This document shows positions 36,369-50,037 of a stretch of 64,000 nucleotides of DNA, in pieces; position 1 is the stretch's first letter; every line of letters begins with the position of its first letter. The position numbers and the translations under genes were made by a program. The stretch lies in contig NC_134028.1 of NCBI RefSeq assembly GCF_964204645.1, positions 16,685,653-16,749,652 of the forward strand, given 5' to 3'. The notes beneath the pieces were generated by a model. It worked only from the letters and a program-made list of their open reading frames with translations. It had not been told where the DNA came from and did not search any database. The stretch is from Tubulanus polymorphus (lineage: Eukaryota > Animalia > Nemertea).

Positions 36369-37449
36369 CGCAGCGAACTTATCTCTGATCCACTAAATTG
36401 ATGGAACATTCAAATTTATCCAGGAGAGGCAGATTCATTACATGGAACATGGATAAAAAATTTCCAATCAAATTTTAATAATTTTTATCAAAAACTTTTA
36501 TTCCGATAAACTGAAAGATTCAATTCATTCAATGTTTTTTAAAATTTTATTTTAAGAAATGTGCCGCGTGATGTCAGCTTGTCAGCTTGTATGGCTTTGA
36601 TGCCTGGCAACGCTGAAGCTGAACGCATATTCAGTATAAACTGTATAAAAAGCGACACCAGGACAAGGCTGGCAATAGAACACCTTGATCAGCTTGTCAG
36701 ATTAAGTTACTCCAAGGTTCTCCTGACAGACATTGAGATGAAACAGGCGGCACAGAATTTTTTTCTCATGCTTTTACACAGAGAAAATTCATATTTTGAG
36801 CACCCAAAATCCACCAAATTACTTGCGATATTCGAAAATTTTCTGGGGGAGGTCCGATCGCGTCGCGCCTTAGACACTCGGTGCTTTAAGACATATCGGG
36901 CATTCGGCCCTCATTTTACTGGACACCCTAAAATTTTGCCCTGGCTAAATACCTGGCTGCAGTATTAGATTGCCCCTGTGAGATGATGAAAGAAACTAAA
37001 TAACAAAATAGTTCTAAATAGATTATTGGTAGTAAATAATAACCTAAAATAAATATGGAACACTCTTATTGATTTTGATGATCCTCAGGAGCATTAAAGT
37101 GACATAGTTCGGAAAGTAATTATTTAAGTCAGATTGTATCCGTCCACTAGGCCTAAGCCGATCATGATATTTTGGGGAAAAAATCTGAGGCTAGAAAATC
37201 GGCTTATTAGCCGGTAAATACGGTACTCCAGTTCCATAAGGATATCGGTCAAAATTATCAAATATTAAGATTCTTAAGTTAGAACCTTTGATATACACAT
37301 TAAAAAATATCAATTAGACCGATTATTCATGATAAAATCTATTTTATTCATAAAACTTATTTCATTCAAACTCCGTATGAAAAAGGTATTTATAACATGC
37401 GTACCAATATGAGCATCTTTATACTGTCACTATAGCATGAGCAGTTTAA

Positions 37450-37985
37450 AGGCTGGCTTATGTCGACAGGCAACGCGACGCCTACCGACGCAACTGAGAG
37501 CAACCGCGATTGGAGCACAGCTTATGTTGACTGTGCTCCGATTCGCAGCAACTGAGGCCGACTAGCGGGATATGAAATCATCCCAGTTGCTTCCCTGCTT
37601 ATGTCAGTTACGATAACTGGCAACTGCAATGACTCAGATGGTCACATGATAAGCGTATTGAGAATAAATTTGATTTATTTTGAATTATTGGGGAATATAT
37701 TTCTATTAGAAAAGCTATTTCTTTAAGATCTTTATCTTTCTGTTTTGAATACAATGTGCTAGCGACATAACATAAAGATGGCCCCTCACACCATAATTCT
37801 ACCAATTTCATTTCTAGATCTTCGGTCCAGTCATCTGCCATGCTGAAGGTTTGGTTTATGTTTTGAACTACTTGATTTAAAGTTTATGACTAATTACGAA
37901 TGACGCTAACTAGCAGTCATAATTTGTACTAAGTATATTCGGTCTCAGATTGGCTGGAACCCCTGTGCTCAGTTCAACGAAGTCA
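37450..37985. mobile_element. truncated Harbinger derivative carrying a MADF-domain remnant
   Basis: TAA|AGGCTGGCTTATGTCGAC left TIR. Minus-strand MADDWTEDLEMKLVELWCEGPSL..YS (MADF-like). Confidence 0.7.
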
Positions 37986-38942
37986 AAAATTCCGGGATTG
38001 GTGATAAGCAATATGTTGGTAATCTACTAGGCATATCTGTAGCTGCGATCACACGAGCCTTTTTATATGTGCCAAATTTGGCACACAACAACAATTTGCA
38101 CGGGTGTCAAATGGGCCCGAGCTTGTTTGGTCGAATACGTCGGGCCAGGCTCGAGCCAAATTTTAGCACTGACAAATGACTGCATTTGAATTGCGACTGG
38201 CACGGGAAACAACTCGCTTTGCTTTGTTACAGCATTGCTTTGTACCAAGTGAGTGGTTTGTGATCGCGCTCTTTAATTAGGCATAGCCCAAATTTGACTC
38301 GAGCCTGATATGGGCCAAATCTTTTCCGTGTTATGGAGGCTACTGATTCTGGTCTTGAAATATGATGTAAATAGCAATGTCACTATATATACGAAATTTG
38401 ATATCCATGTTTATGGTTTTGCATTAACTGCACTGTGTTGCCCAACTTCAAACCACCAAGGGGACACAGCTATTTGATAATGAGGTGGTCTGGCTTTCAC
38501 ACTAAAACATGAGGGAACCCCCCAAGCTATCTTCACTATTATGATTCTATCATTTTATCTATTCAAGCTTTATCATTCTAACAGTGGTTAACCTAGACTG
38601 AGTCTACTGTCATTATCTTAATTACACAGGTACAATTAAGGTATACCATTATTGTTGGAAAGTTACACATGTCCTGAATTTACTAGCTGGGAATAATAGT
38701 AACTCTTAATTGCCTAATTGTGAAGACTTGAGCCAGGTGTTCTATACACATTCAGTGTTCTCCATAAGCAGTTTTGAAAGACAGCCACCCCTCCTGTTTA
38801 TTGTCCTTAAAATTGTCAATAAGCCCTTTGATAATCAATAAACACCCTCCTGTTGATCTCTCATCAACTGCTGTCAAAACAAACTTCTTACATGAACTAG
38901 ATAATAAACATCTGATACTGACTGTGACAGATGTGCAAGTGT

Positions 38943-39665
38943 CTCTGGCTTATGTAGACAAGCAACACGACGCCTACCAACTGCAACTGAGAGCAACCGT
39001 GATCGCAGCCCAGCTTATGTCCACTGGGCTCCGATTCGCAGCAACTGAGGCCGACTAGCAGGATATGAGATCCTCCCAGTTGCTTCCATGCTTATGTCGG
39101 TTGCGATTACTATTTGAATTATTAGGAAATATATTTCTATTAGAAAAGCTATTTCTTTAAGACTGATCTTTCTGATTCTGCTTTGAATACAACGTGCTAG
39201 CGACATCATATAAAGATGGCCGCTCACACCATAATTCTACCAATTTCGTTTCTAGACCTTTGGTCCAGTCCTCTGCTGTGCTGAAGGTTTGGTTTACATT
39301 TTGAACTACTTGAATTTGAAAGTTTATGACTAATTACGAATGACGCTAACTAGCGGTGATAATTTGTACGATGTATATGCGGTATCTCATTGGCTGGAAC
39401 CCCTGCGCTCAGTTCCGTCGCGTCGCAGATGAGCTTATGTCGGCTGCGATCGAAAGCAACTATCCGCCTACCGTAGGCCGGAGTAGAACATGGGCAACTA
39501 GCCGCATACGGCTTGCGACGAGTCGGTAAGTGTCGGGTTGCCATCGCAAGCCGGCTTATGTCGAACCGATAGAGCAGCAACTGGCGGCCTCTCATAGGCC
39601 GCTAATCGGCGATAAACCAAGTTGTGTCGGTAGGCGTCGCGTTGCTTGTCGACATAAGCCAGCCT
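38943..39665. mobile_element. second copy of the Harbinger/MADF derivative, with both TIRs
   Basis: Colinear with 37450-37985; right TIR GTCGACATAAGCCAGCCT. Confidence 0.75.
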
Positions 39666-40531
39666 TTCAATTCTTTAGTAGAGATAGTACAGTTAGATTC
39701 CTAGTAGCCTACAGCTAGTAACAGAAGGATATACTCTCAATAATAGGCGCTTGGCACACTTGCGACTGATTGGAAAATAAAGTATATAATTTGGTTCATT
39801 CGTTATGGCATGGACTCTTGAGTCCATGGTCATGGTGATCAAGATTATTACATTCCTCATTTTGTTGGTTATATTGGAAATATTGGATCTGACCAGGATG
39901 TGTCCTGCCTGAAATCCCATCCAATTCATAATGTTGACAAAAGCTCTGTCATCTAGATAAATGGGCTATTTTAATGTGGAAAACTGTGGAACTAGAAAGC
40001 TGAGAAACCCTTTAATAATGTCTACAGGCACCTAATTTTTTGGGGGGAGGGCCCCAAACCCCCCTACTGAGGCTTCGCGACTTTAGCGCTTGCTGCTGTC
40101 GCTACGCAACACAGATGGACATATATACTAATTCCTATCTCCCACCCCTGAGAAATTTATATATATGGAGAACACTGACATTGCATAGGCACTTCACAAA
40201 TCATACCTGCACAAGACCACACTTTGAAAAGACACTGATCACAAAAACAAGCATACAGAATTTTCCGATGACCAAGATCCTGAAATTGTTTCCAGGAAAA
40301 GCCCTTTAAAACCCTTAATTTCCAGGAATTCCAGATCCTGGAATTGCTCAATTTCCAGGAAATCCAGGAATTTTAGGAGGTGTACAAACTCTGCAACATT
40401 GAGTTTACCACTTTCAGTACTTTCGGTTAAAATTTCCGGTTTTGTTCCCATTTTCAGTAACATTTTCTTTTGCAACATTTGCAGTAGCCTATTTTAATAT
40501 CTAAATCAGTATTTTCTAATTTTTACCTTAA

Positions 40532-41049
40532 AGCGGCCCATACACGTTGAATAAAAATGTCAATATTATTGACTCAATTTATTGAGTCAATATCGTTGAC
40601 AGAAATTGTCCACACACGATTCAATATTTACTATCAATAATTCCATCAATATATCCATCAACATTTTGCTAATTTCAAAATGGATCCAGCTGTTACTGTA
40701 TTTTTTGTACATTCATTTGCCATGGCTCCTATATTACCGAGTCCTATTCAAAACTACACACAAGAATGAAAAAAGCTGAAAAACTGGTCAATATATTCAT
40801 GGATCCTACACATGGGTCAATTTTTCCATCAAAATATTGACAATTCGGGCAATTTATTGGCGATTCGACCGTCAAAAAATATCAAAATGGTTTTGATCGA
40901 TCAATAGGCCTATATTGGCTCAATAATAGATATTGACAATATTTTCATCAATATAGGACACACACCTTCAATAATATTGGCTCAATAATATTGGGTCAAT
41001 ATATTGAGTCAATATTATTGACATTTTTATTGAACGTGTATGGGTCGCT
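40532..41049. mobile_element. PIF/Harbinger-like MITE
   Basis: TAA|AGCGGCCCATACACGTT...AACGTGTATGGGTCGCT|TAA, with long AT-rich inverted arms. Confidence 0.85.
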
Positions 41050-41738
41050 TAAGAATCGCCAGTTCAAACCTTGTGCCGATATAAGTTAAATGCAATCAAA
41101 ATATCATCTATGAAACTAAATTACCGTATTCATGAATACAAAATCGTAGATTTTAAATTTCTTGAGATTTTTTGGTGAATAAATCGTATTTTGCTGATCT
41201 AAAGAGAAAAACGTACTTCAACATTATTGACCCTAGTGTCGTACTGATGATCTTTTTAGCATAAAATACGTCACGAATACGGAAGAATCGTACGGGTTGG
41301 CATGTATGTAGTTTGTTTTTTGTTTGGTTGTATCAGAATACACGTTCCTCGTAAGTCTAAATATTTGGTAATTTAATGCTTTTGGTTATTATCCAGAGGA
41401 TCACATCGAGCGTTTCTTTATACCCCCATTCTTGTTATAACGCCAAAATTGGCCAGGTCCTGATGGTGGCGTTATAACGAGGTGTGACTGTACAAACATT
41501 TACCATTGGCACTTTATCAAAATTGATTTTGGAAGTTTTTAAGGAGTTTTAGACATTATGCTCAAATTAAAGAAGTTCCAAGCACCTTTGAATGCATGTT
41601 TGATTAAGAGGGAGTTTTTAAGGAATCAAGGAGTCATAGGGACCTTGAATAATCAATAACCCCAGGAACTGTATTCCAAGCCCATCAGCAAGTGAACCCC
41701 TGAAGCAGACACTAGATCTGAGATTTTAAAAAACTTAC

Positions 41739-41810
41739 ATTAGAGACTGTAACAGAACATGCTTCTCCAGAATTTTTATCTTTAAATGTAAAACTTCTGC
41801 AATCACTCAT
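41739..41810 (-). CDS. METTL23: METTL23-like methyltransferase, probable first coding exon
   Basis: MSDCRSFTFKDKNSGEACSVTVSN|gtaagt, phase 0 as exon 2 requires. Acceptor ttttag at 41860 with an in-frame upstream stop. Fits the 'F-x-F...V-x-I' N-terminus of the family; 12.7-kb intron. Confidence 0.65.
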
Positions 41811-43122
41811 GGAATATGATAAGCAGCATTCCAACTGCTAATCCAAAATCTTCTATATCCTAAAAATAAGAAAATCAAGCATTGGCCCGAGTTCCGTGCA
41901 TATGACTTTACGCACTTAAGTGGTTTTTCGTCCACATTCTCATCAAAACTCTTGAAATATAATCAAACCTTTAGAAGATTACTAGCACATATTCACCTTC
42001 TCTTATTCTTCAAACCTGTAACCTAATTCGGTAGAAAGATGGTCCCAATCGCTTGAGTTTAACGGGAGTCTATTGCATTCAGCTAGATGGACCCATGTAC
42101 GAAAAATGAACGCAATTTCCTGTCGGGACTTATGTTAAGTGTTTACACGAGGCAGGGGCCGCTTACCCCGCCGTTCTTATACAACACCGCACTACTGTCT
42201 CTAGCCTACTTCATGTACTAACTCTGCAGAGACATTAATCTACTGGTCCTCTCCCTGTCAGTGTAAAGCACTTACTGGCAATTTCTATGAACTATTTTTG
42301 AATTCATCAGCGCACGAGCACCTGGCTTCGAGAGTGATACAATTTATCAATTACCAAGACTCTTAAGGGAAACCTGTCTATATTTTCCTCAAAAAACATG
42401 AATGATAACACTTAGATGACTATTGATTGCATCGCACAAACAAATTCATCAAATTTAGCAACATATATCAATTTCCTCGATAATTTTCACTTGAAACGCA
42501 TCGATTTTAAAATGAATATCGACGACTCATCATCAAGTTGAAAGATAAGACTGTTGTGCATCGTTTGGCAGTTTGTGGGATTAAATGCCTGAAACGGACT
42601 AGATCTCTTCACTTTAATGCGTGCACTCGCCTGTATGTTACGTCTTATCATTTGCCATGCTGGACTATTAAGGTCAATTTTTCAGTGGAAAACCGCAATT
42701 TCGATGTGAAATAATCATCATAGACCAATAGTTATGGGCTCACTGGAAAGAATCAGGATATTTAACTGTATACAGCAAAGTGTTTACTCACGCTATTTTA
42801 CCGTACATCATTGCTATATATAGTATTAACTATATAAGTAACAATAAAATCATTTTATTGGGTTTAGGTTTAGGGTTCCGATGGGTTTACGGCCTATAGC
42901 ACCAGAGGGTTATGATTAGGGTCCGTTTTACCCCCAGGGATAGGATTAGGGTATGGTTAGGTGCAATAGCTAGTTAAAACATTCAATTGGTTTTCTGCGA
43001 GCTTGGTGGTCTAGTAGTACGACGCTGCGCTAGTAATTTACTGGCCCAGGCACAGGCACTTGAATATGGGCTTTGACCTCGTTGGTGTGCTTAAAATGAT
43101 AAAATTTATTATAAACTACGAT

Positions 43123-44386
43123 AACTAGGAGTCCAGGGACACTATGCCCACTTAGGAAGTGGTTTCAGATGCTCCACAATCTAACAATTTCAATAATTCA
43201 ATGCCCCATCCAATGACCTTGAAAAAATCCATTCACCTTGAACTCACCAAAATCATAGAACATGTCAGCAACTACAATTTTGTAATTTATTGTGGTAACG
43301 AACTATGCCTAGTTACCAATATATGGAAATACTTAGTTATTATAGGCCTACCATTCAACGCCCCTTGGTGACCATTTGCGAAGCCCAATGACCTTGAAAC
43401 TCATCGTAATCATAGAACATGTCATGAGCTACAACTTTGCAATTGATCATGGTAACAAAATATGCCTAGGTACCAATCTAATAAGGAAATACCAAGTTCT
43501 TCTACTATTCAACGCCCCCTGGTGACCATATAGAATAACTTATGTCCGCGAAACTCACGTCAATCATAGACGATGTCATGAGCTACAACTTTGTAATTGA
43601 TTGTGGAAACGAAATATGCGTAGGTACAAATATAATATAGAAATACTAAGTTTTTGTATTATTCAATGCCCCCTGGTGGCCATATACAAAAACCAATGAC
43701 CTTGAAACTCACCAAAATCATAGAAAACGTTATTAGCTACAACTTTCCAATACATTGTGGTAACACAATATGCTTAGGTATCAATATAATGTGGAAAAAC
43801 TTTTTCCCACCTACGAATGAGAACTGATGACGCCAAGATGGCTGCCAATTGCGCCATAATTGGCTGATCAAAAATACATGTCTCAGGTATAATACATCCC
43901 TTTCCAAAGAATACCCATCACAAATTGCAATGAGAAATGACAAACCAGTAGGAAGCTACAGGACTGAGAATTTGGGCCAAAATTGCCATTTTTGGGCACT
44001 AAAAGGTCATAGGACAGCCATCTTGAGTCCGATCGACCCAATTTTTCTTAGGTTGATGGGCCCTTATATATTGGCAAATTATACACAAACAATCATGGTT
44101 ATTGATAAAAGTGTCTTCAAAATTTCCATCGAAAACTTCGAAAATGTGTAAACAGTGCTGATATTGGCGAACAACAATGGCTGCCAGTCGGCCATCTTGA
44201 ATCTGATAGGGCCAGTTTTTGACCTGAAGATGTGTCTAGGGTAGATACATGTATAAACCAAATATCAAGACATTACCTTGAAGTGTCTTCAAAACATCCC
44301 AAAATAACTGGATTCCGTCTACGGACGGACGGATGACAAGTGAACGCAATAGCCCGCTGGGACTAAATTCCCAAGTGGGCTAAAAA
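43123..44386 (+). mobile_element. non-autonomous Helentron-like element, family A, full length
   Basis: Subterminal inverted repeat GCCCACTT / AAGTGGGC, about four ~150-bp tandem units (TTCAACGCCCCCTGGTGACC...), (GGAC)n microsatellite, 3' hairpin then TAAAAA. Confidence 0.75.
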
Positions 44387-44571
44387 TTAGATGGATATCT
44401 TAAAAGACAATGAAATGCAAGGCAAATTACTCGTGAGTCAAATTGATTCACGAAAATTTCATTGCAAAATGACCTTCCCATTCCTGACTGTGGTTTGTGA
44501 AAACATCCGATCGTGAAACTAAACAATGGTCAGGTTACTGACTAAAATTATGGGTGCTCATTATATTTCAG

Positions 44572-44778
44572 GGTAGAAGTGCAGATCCGCACCTCTCCGC
44601 GTAAACGTTTCAATCAATTACATTAAATATCATTGTTTCAGATTTAAAATGCCATCATCAATTCAGTACATTGACATTGGTTAATTTTCAATCTTCACTA
44701 GAAAGATTTTATTTAGCCTGGATTCTGTCATTCAGTAGATTGCGTCAATCACGAGAGGTGCGGATCTGCACTTTTTCC
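44572..44778. mobile_element. MITE with 8-bp TSD and GG...CC ends
   Basis: TIR core AAGTGCAGATCCGCACCTCTC; TSD TATTTCAG on both sides. Confidence 0.8.
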
Positions 44779-44809
44779 TATTTCAGGGGTCTAACTGCAG
44801 TTTGGGTTA

Positions 44810-47800
44810 GGGTAACTCCACGTAAGTTCGGAATACATTTATAGAAATGCGATTTTGATCGGTGGATTCCGTCAATTATTAGCAGTAATCGGCAATTAAG
44901 CTCCGATATGTATTTTTGTTTTTTGCCCAAATTATTGTCAAAATCATTTTTTTGTGGGTTTGAATAGATAAACGCACTGATTTTTTAATTTTTTTATGCC
45001 GACGTAATTTCGGAAGCCGCGGTCACGTAAATTCGGAAACCTAATACGTAAGTTCGGAAATGCTCTGTACGCCGATTTAAACGCAGCTTGTATGCTATTG
45101 AAAACGGGCGATACCATGTTGTTTATGGGGGATATGGGTTATACCAATTTGTTAGGGATGGTAGCATCACAAACCGCACAAATGGCCGTTGGAGGGAGTT
45201 TTTCGTCTAGGAAATTAAGACAAAACATAGATCGCATTTTGTTTAATATTTAATATATATTGCCTATTAGATGGCTTATAACATAAAAAATTCGAATTTC
45301 CATGCGCGTTTCAGAAAAATCACGAACCGGTTTTCATTTTCGATATTCCCTCGGCTTTACGCTACCCACCGTCCCCAATGCGACGAATAGATGTGCCCAG
45401 AAGTCAAACCCGGAAATGATTTGGAAGATTGCCAGATTACGGTGTTTCCACGTGGATTTTGATGGATTAGATAGATGATGTACCGTTATCTTTCACACCT
45501 AAGCTTTAGATACCAAAACTGTATCTTAACTGTCATACGAACTACATGGTTGTCACGTTGGAAATCAAACGGTGGCCTAGACTGTAAGTGACGGGAGATG
45601 ACTGCTTAATCATGCAAACACGAAGAATGTTTGGCTTGGGAAATTGATCCTAAAATTCATCACACCTGAAAGGAGGACCGTTAGATAAGAAGGTAATAAA
45701 ATGGAAAACTGAGAATGTATGTAGGTCTATTAAAGGCAAAACACTAACAACAGCACATTTTTATTGCACAACTAAATAGGCCTACTGGTGCCGGTAGGCT
45801 AATAAATATTATAAAACATCTTACGACTGTAGAATAAAGAGATAATACATAATCGTAGCCAATAACAGAAATAACTTTAATGATTTAAATAATTTTTTCT
45901 TAACAACAAATACGTGTATATATTATCAACAGTACAGTAAAACATTTATGTACATATGCAAGCAAATAAATCGCAACTTTTCACAAATTCGGCAGCCCGG
46001 AAAACCATCTGAATCCTTGTGTTCACTACTTCTGGTGGTTCCAAGCTGTTTACAATATTTTCAACCGGATGATCTTCTATGAGCTCCACGTCCGGCCAAA
46101 CGAACAGATTTTTATTGTTCCAAAAATTGCACCGACATTGTTTCTCCGTCATTCGATATTTCCAGAATCTGCAAATAGTTGAATATATAACTATCCGTAC
46201 ATGAATTCTATTTCTCCTTTTTTTCAGTTAAAATTTAGCCGATGAAACATACCACTCCGAAGTAAAGGTGCTTTCTGCCTTTCTGGCCCTCTTGGTATAG
46301 GGCTACATATGAACCTTCACTACAATGATAATAACCCAGTAATGATAGATTATTCATCACTATTAACCAGGTAGGCCTATTACATGTTTTTAAGCTAAGC
46401 ATGTAGTAATTTACCTTATATTGATCTCGTGAATCAAGTTCACGCCACTTGTTTCAGGCACACTCACAGGATCCTGAAATTCAGATACACATTGTAGCCC
46501 TTCTCAATTTTAAATTCCAAAAAACCTTATTTCATTAAATGTTTAATTTTCATAGGCCTACCTCAACTACACGATTTTCGTTTTTTTTTTCCTCGACAGG
46601 AGACTCCACTGGTCTTGAGGACGCCTGAAATATTTATAGACTAAGTACCTAGCAGGTCAAGAATCATCACGATGTACCGGGAAATGAATGAACTCACAAC
46701 TCGACAGGACGTTGTCCCTGAAACTTACACTTGTCGCACATTTCTTATTTCTCTCTTGTCGTTCTAATTTCTTGTTTTCTTTCTCTTCTTTTTTTCCGAT
46801 TTTTCTCGAGAGCTTTCGCATAGGCATCATCTGCTGTGAGGATGAAATATCGTTTCGAATCTTCTGTGCGATTTTTCGAGCGACGACTTTCCACAATCGG
46901 ATATTTTAAAACATCCTTGTCCGAGTCAGCTTGAAAATGAGATAAGAAAGGTAATTTCACGTTCTAACAATTAGTTGAATCAAAAAGACCCATTTCATTT
47001 GAGTCTCACCTGGCGATGATGAATTGTTGTAAATGTTGGAATGAATGTTAATTTCGTTTGATTTCAGGGATTTCCATGCCTCATACAGGGAATCTCATAA
47101 ACATCATATCCCTCATTGTATCGACGTTCAAATTGTATTTTCATTTCAGGTGAGATAACCGACTCCAACGTCTGTAGCGCAGTACTATAAGAACGAGAAT
47201 TGTTCACCGGTAGAGCCTGAAAAAAATATCAAACAGTATAAGTATCTTTCACTAATTTTCAAAAGTTAAAATAAAATATTTTGAATTGAATTCATTTCAG
47301 TTTCTTGCAAATTTATTCAGGTTTATTCAGGTTTTTAAAAGGATATCTTGCATGTAGCAGCTCTCCAAGGACAGAAAAATGCTGAAACACAGAAGTAATT
47401 CTAAAAGTTTGTTAAAGCAATCATAACGCTATCGTCAACTGTTATTAGTGTAACTATGGAACAAAATTCATCAAGAAAAACGTAAATTTTTCAAATTCTA
47501 TTGCAAAATTGCATAATTGTAATATGTTACCTCGCTTGGTGGATTTTGATTCAATTCAAATGATTGTATTGGCAATAATGAAGCAGGATCTGATATCTGA
47601 ATATAAATAAATGCTAGTCACTTATATATGAGGACATTTTAGCCGATACAATACATATATGAATGTATAACTCACTATATCGCGAACAGTTGTTGTAGAC
47701 GGTAAGTACGCCTCGTTTGGTATGGCATATGGGTTGAAAGGAAATATTCCGCAAGAACTGAAACCATTGATAAGCATATCTGGTGAAATGCTCTGCCAAG

Positions 47801-49955
47801 CCTTGCGAAATATTTCGAAGAAGCAGCTTTTGTTTATCACTCTCCCCGGGTAATCATTGGAGAATTCTTGACATAAGCGGTTCCAGCTAGACTTTAAAGT
47901 CTTGAAACACGTTCTGTTTATGTAAAAATAAACCATTAATATTATTGCTAGAATATACTACAAAGAGTTAAGAAAAGGATTGTGGTGTTACCTATCTAGG
48001 GGTTGCAGCCAGTGTGATGTATGCTCTGGCAACTCAACTAGAGTGATTTCGTTCTGTCTGGCTAATTCGACTAGTTCTAGGAAGTTGTGACTATTATGGC
48101 CATCTGAAATTAATATTTGTGGACGTGTTTGTCCGATTGCCGGAAGGAAGCTTTCTCGAAACCAAAGTGTGGCAATACCCTAGAAAATTCAAAGATAAAA
48201 TACATTTAATGGTTAGAATATTGGATTTCAAATAATTGTTTAATATTTTTGTTGTTTTAATAAATACCTGTTTAGTCCACCCTGTTTCTGAAACTGACAG
48301 AGTTGTTCCAGCCGGAGCATTTATCGAATCCACCGATTGCAGCGAAGCGACAGTTTTTCCTTTGAATATGACGTGTGGTGCCAGCATTTGCCCTGAGGCA
48401 TTACCACACGCCATAACAGTAATCGTCTCCCGGTTTCCGCTAATCTGTGACTGAACGTACTTGCTTCCTTTTTTCTGAAAAAACCAAGTAGGCCTATTCA
48501 TTAAGGTATCAGCAGAGAATTGTAAAATTTAACTCTGTTTCTAGATGATATATTAACAATAAGAATATAGTTGTAATAAGATCAGTGTAATTGGCCAGTT
48601 CGTTACATCAAAAATCATCAATTTGCCCTACCTTGCTACGATTTTCCCTGGTACGTGGGTCAACTGAACCCCGGTTTCGTCAAGGTTCCAGATGTACATT
48701 GGCCTAACATTCTGGTGCCTAACAGCAGCAGTGCCCTCTGGCTTTCGCAACGATACGCTTGGGTGTCTGGCTCTAAAGCCAGCCCAAAACTGGTCACTAG
48801 GAACAACCTACAGATATAAATACCGGTATATATATATATAGATTTTTTTAACTTATAGGCCTACATACCAAGCTGAGAATTAACAGATCACAAGTCAATA
48901 GACATACCTCCTGGAATGGTTTGCCGCGTTTGAGTGCCAAATCACCAGCATACCTCAGAAAATTACTTTTCGAAAACCCATACCCCAAATCAGCTCGGTT
49001 CTTTGCAAAGTCTGCAAGTTTTGTCTCATCCACCATGCTGAGATGGGTCGGCCTGCCTAATTTTGCTGTTGCATGACAGATTTTTCCACTAACTCTATCA
49101 TGCAGAGTTGATTTTAGTACAGAAAACTCACTGGCTGCTCTCAATATCGAAGAGCCAGATTTCACTGATTCAATCGCGTTGGTCATTTGGTCTTCTGACC
49201 ATTTGCAATAAACCTTTGGCATCCTGGAAATAAAACCAATTTTTAAATTAATGAGAAAGGGCACTGTCCTCGGGCCGATAAAACAGCTTAGGGTCTAAGA
49301 CCTTCAATTTGTGGTAGTTTTTCAATTTGTTTTAATTTTATTAGGCTGCTACAGTCATTAGCCACAAGGTCCAACTAATTATAGGCCTAAGCTTAAATAA
49401 ATTCAATTTTAATCTAAAAAAGTTGTTTGTTGTTTTGAATTAGAAATAGAATCGTTCATTTCTAGGAAAAACAGCTGTGTAAACATACGCAATAACAATT
49501 ATACATTATTTCGGAACTTCCGAAATTACGTGGAGGAGCCGTGAAAGCTGGGTATGGGATTTCCGAAATTATGTGTAGGCGTTTGAGTTTTTGAAAATCG
49601 CCGTTTATGTAACAATGAGCGTATTCCGATAGTAAATGAATGTTTATAAACAAACTATCGGCTTCCTAGAACTTCGCGGCAGTGTTTACGTATCGGCTGC
49701 CACGAAATGCCGTAAAAGCGGGTCGAATCAATAGTGTACTTACGTGACCGACTTTAGCGATTTGCCGCGCTGATTTCGTGTGCCAGAAAGAAATGCGTAC
49801 TACGTCATCAAAATGGCGCGGATTCCCGTGGAATTCCCAGGAAATACCAACCTACTCCCCCTTTTTCAAATTTAAGCTAGTCCAAATAGGTATTCCCTCT
49901 CCGCGACCGCGGAGAGGCCGAAGAAGAAAACTTCCGAACTTACAGTGAGTTACCC
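44810..49955 (-). mobile_element. pogo-like (Tc1/mariner superfamily) transposon with an intron-containing DDE_1 transposase
   Basis: TA|GGGTAACTC..GTAAGTTCGGAA TIRs with TA TSD. Exons from ATG 49222: HTH_psq [74 protein letters not shown]|RTCFKTLK. An apparent frameshift near 48470. Confidence 0.9.
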
Positions 49956-50037
49956 TACCTATCCACTGGGTGGCGCTAGTGTTATTAAAGAATAGTGTTA
50001 TAGTAAGGTTAAATACATAACTAGTCTATTTCTTTGA

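Larger units (their letters stand above)
29365..36955 (+). mobile_element. hAT transposon with decayed transposase, interrupted by nested insertions
   Basis: TIRs CAGGCATTTAGCCAGG / CCTGGCTAAATACCTG; exact 8-bp TSD GCTGCAGT. ZNF862-like remnant near 30100-30275; dimerization domain NAEAERIFS..IKSDTRTRLAIEHLDQLVRLS near 36600-36710. Confidence 0.9.
29021..37223. mobile_element. Tc1/pogo-like non-autonomous element, outer shell of the nested cluster
   Basis: Left end CCGTATTTTCCGGCGATTAAGC, right end GCTTATTAGCCGGTAAATACGG|TA (imperfect TIRs). Confidence 0.55.

Noticed and set aside
42860-42965. TTAGGG-like motifs as an interstitial telomere
   Set aside because: The motifs are scattered and degenerate, not a tandem array.
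42997-43060. tRNA/SINE-like A-box TGGTGGTCTAGTAG
   Set aside because: No B-box or acceptor stem; too degenerate to call.
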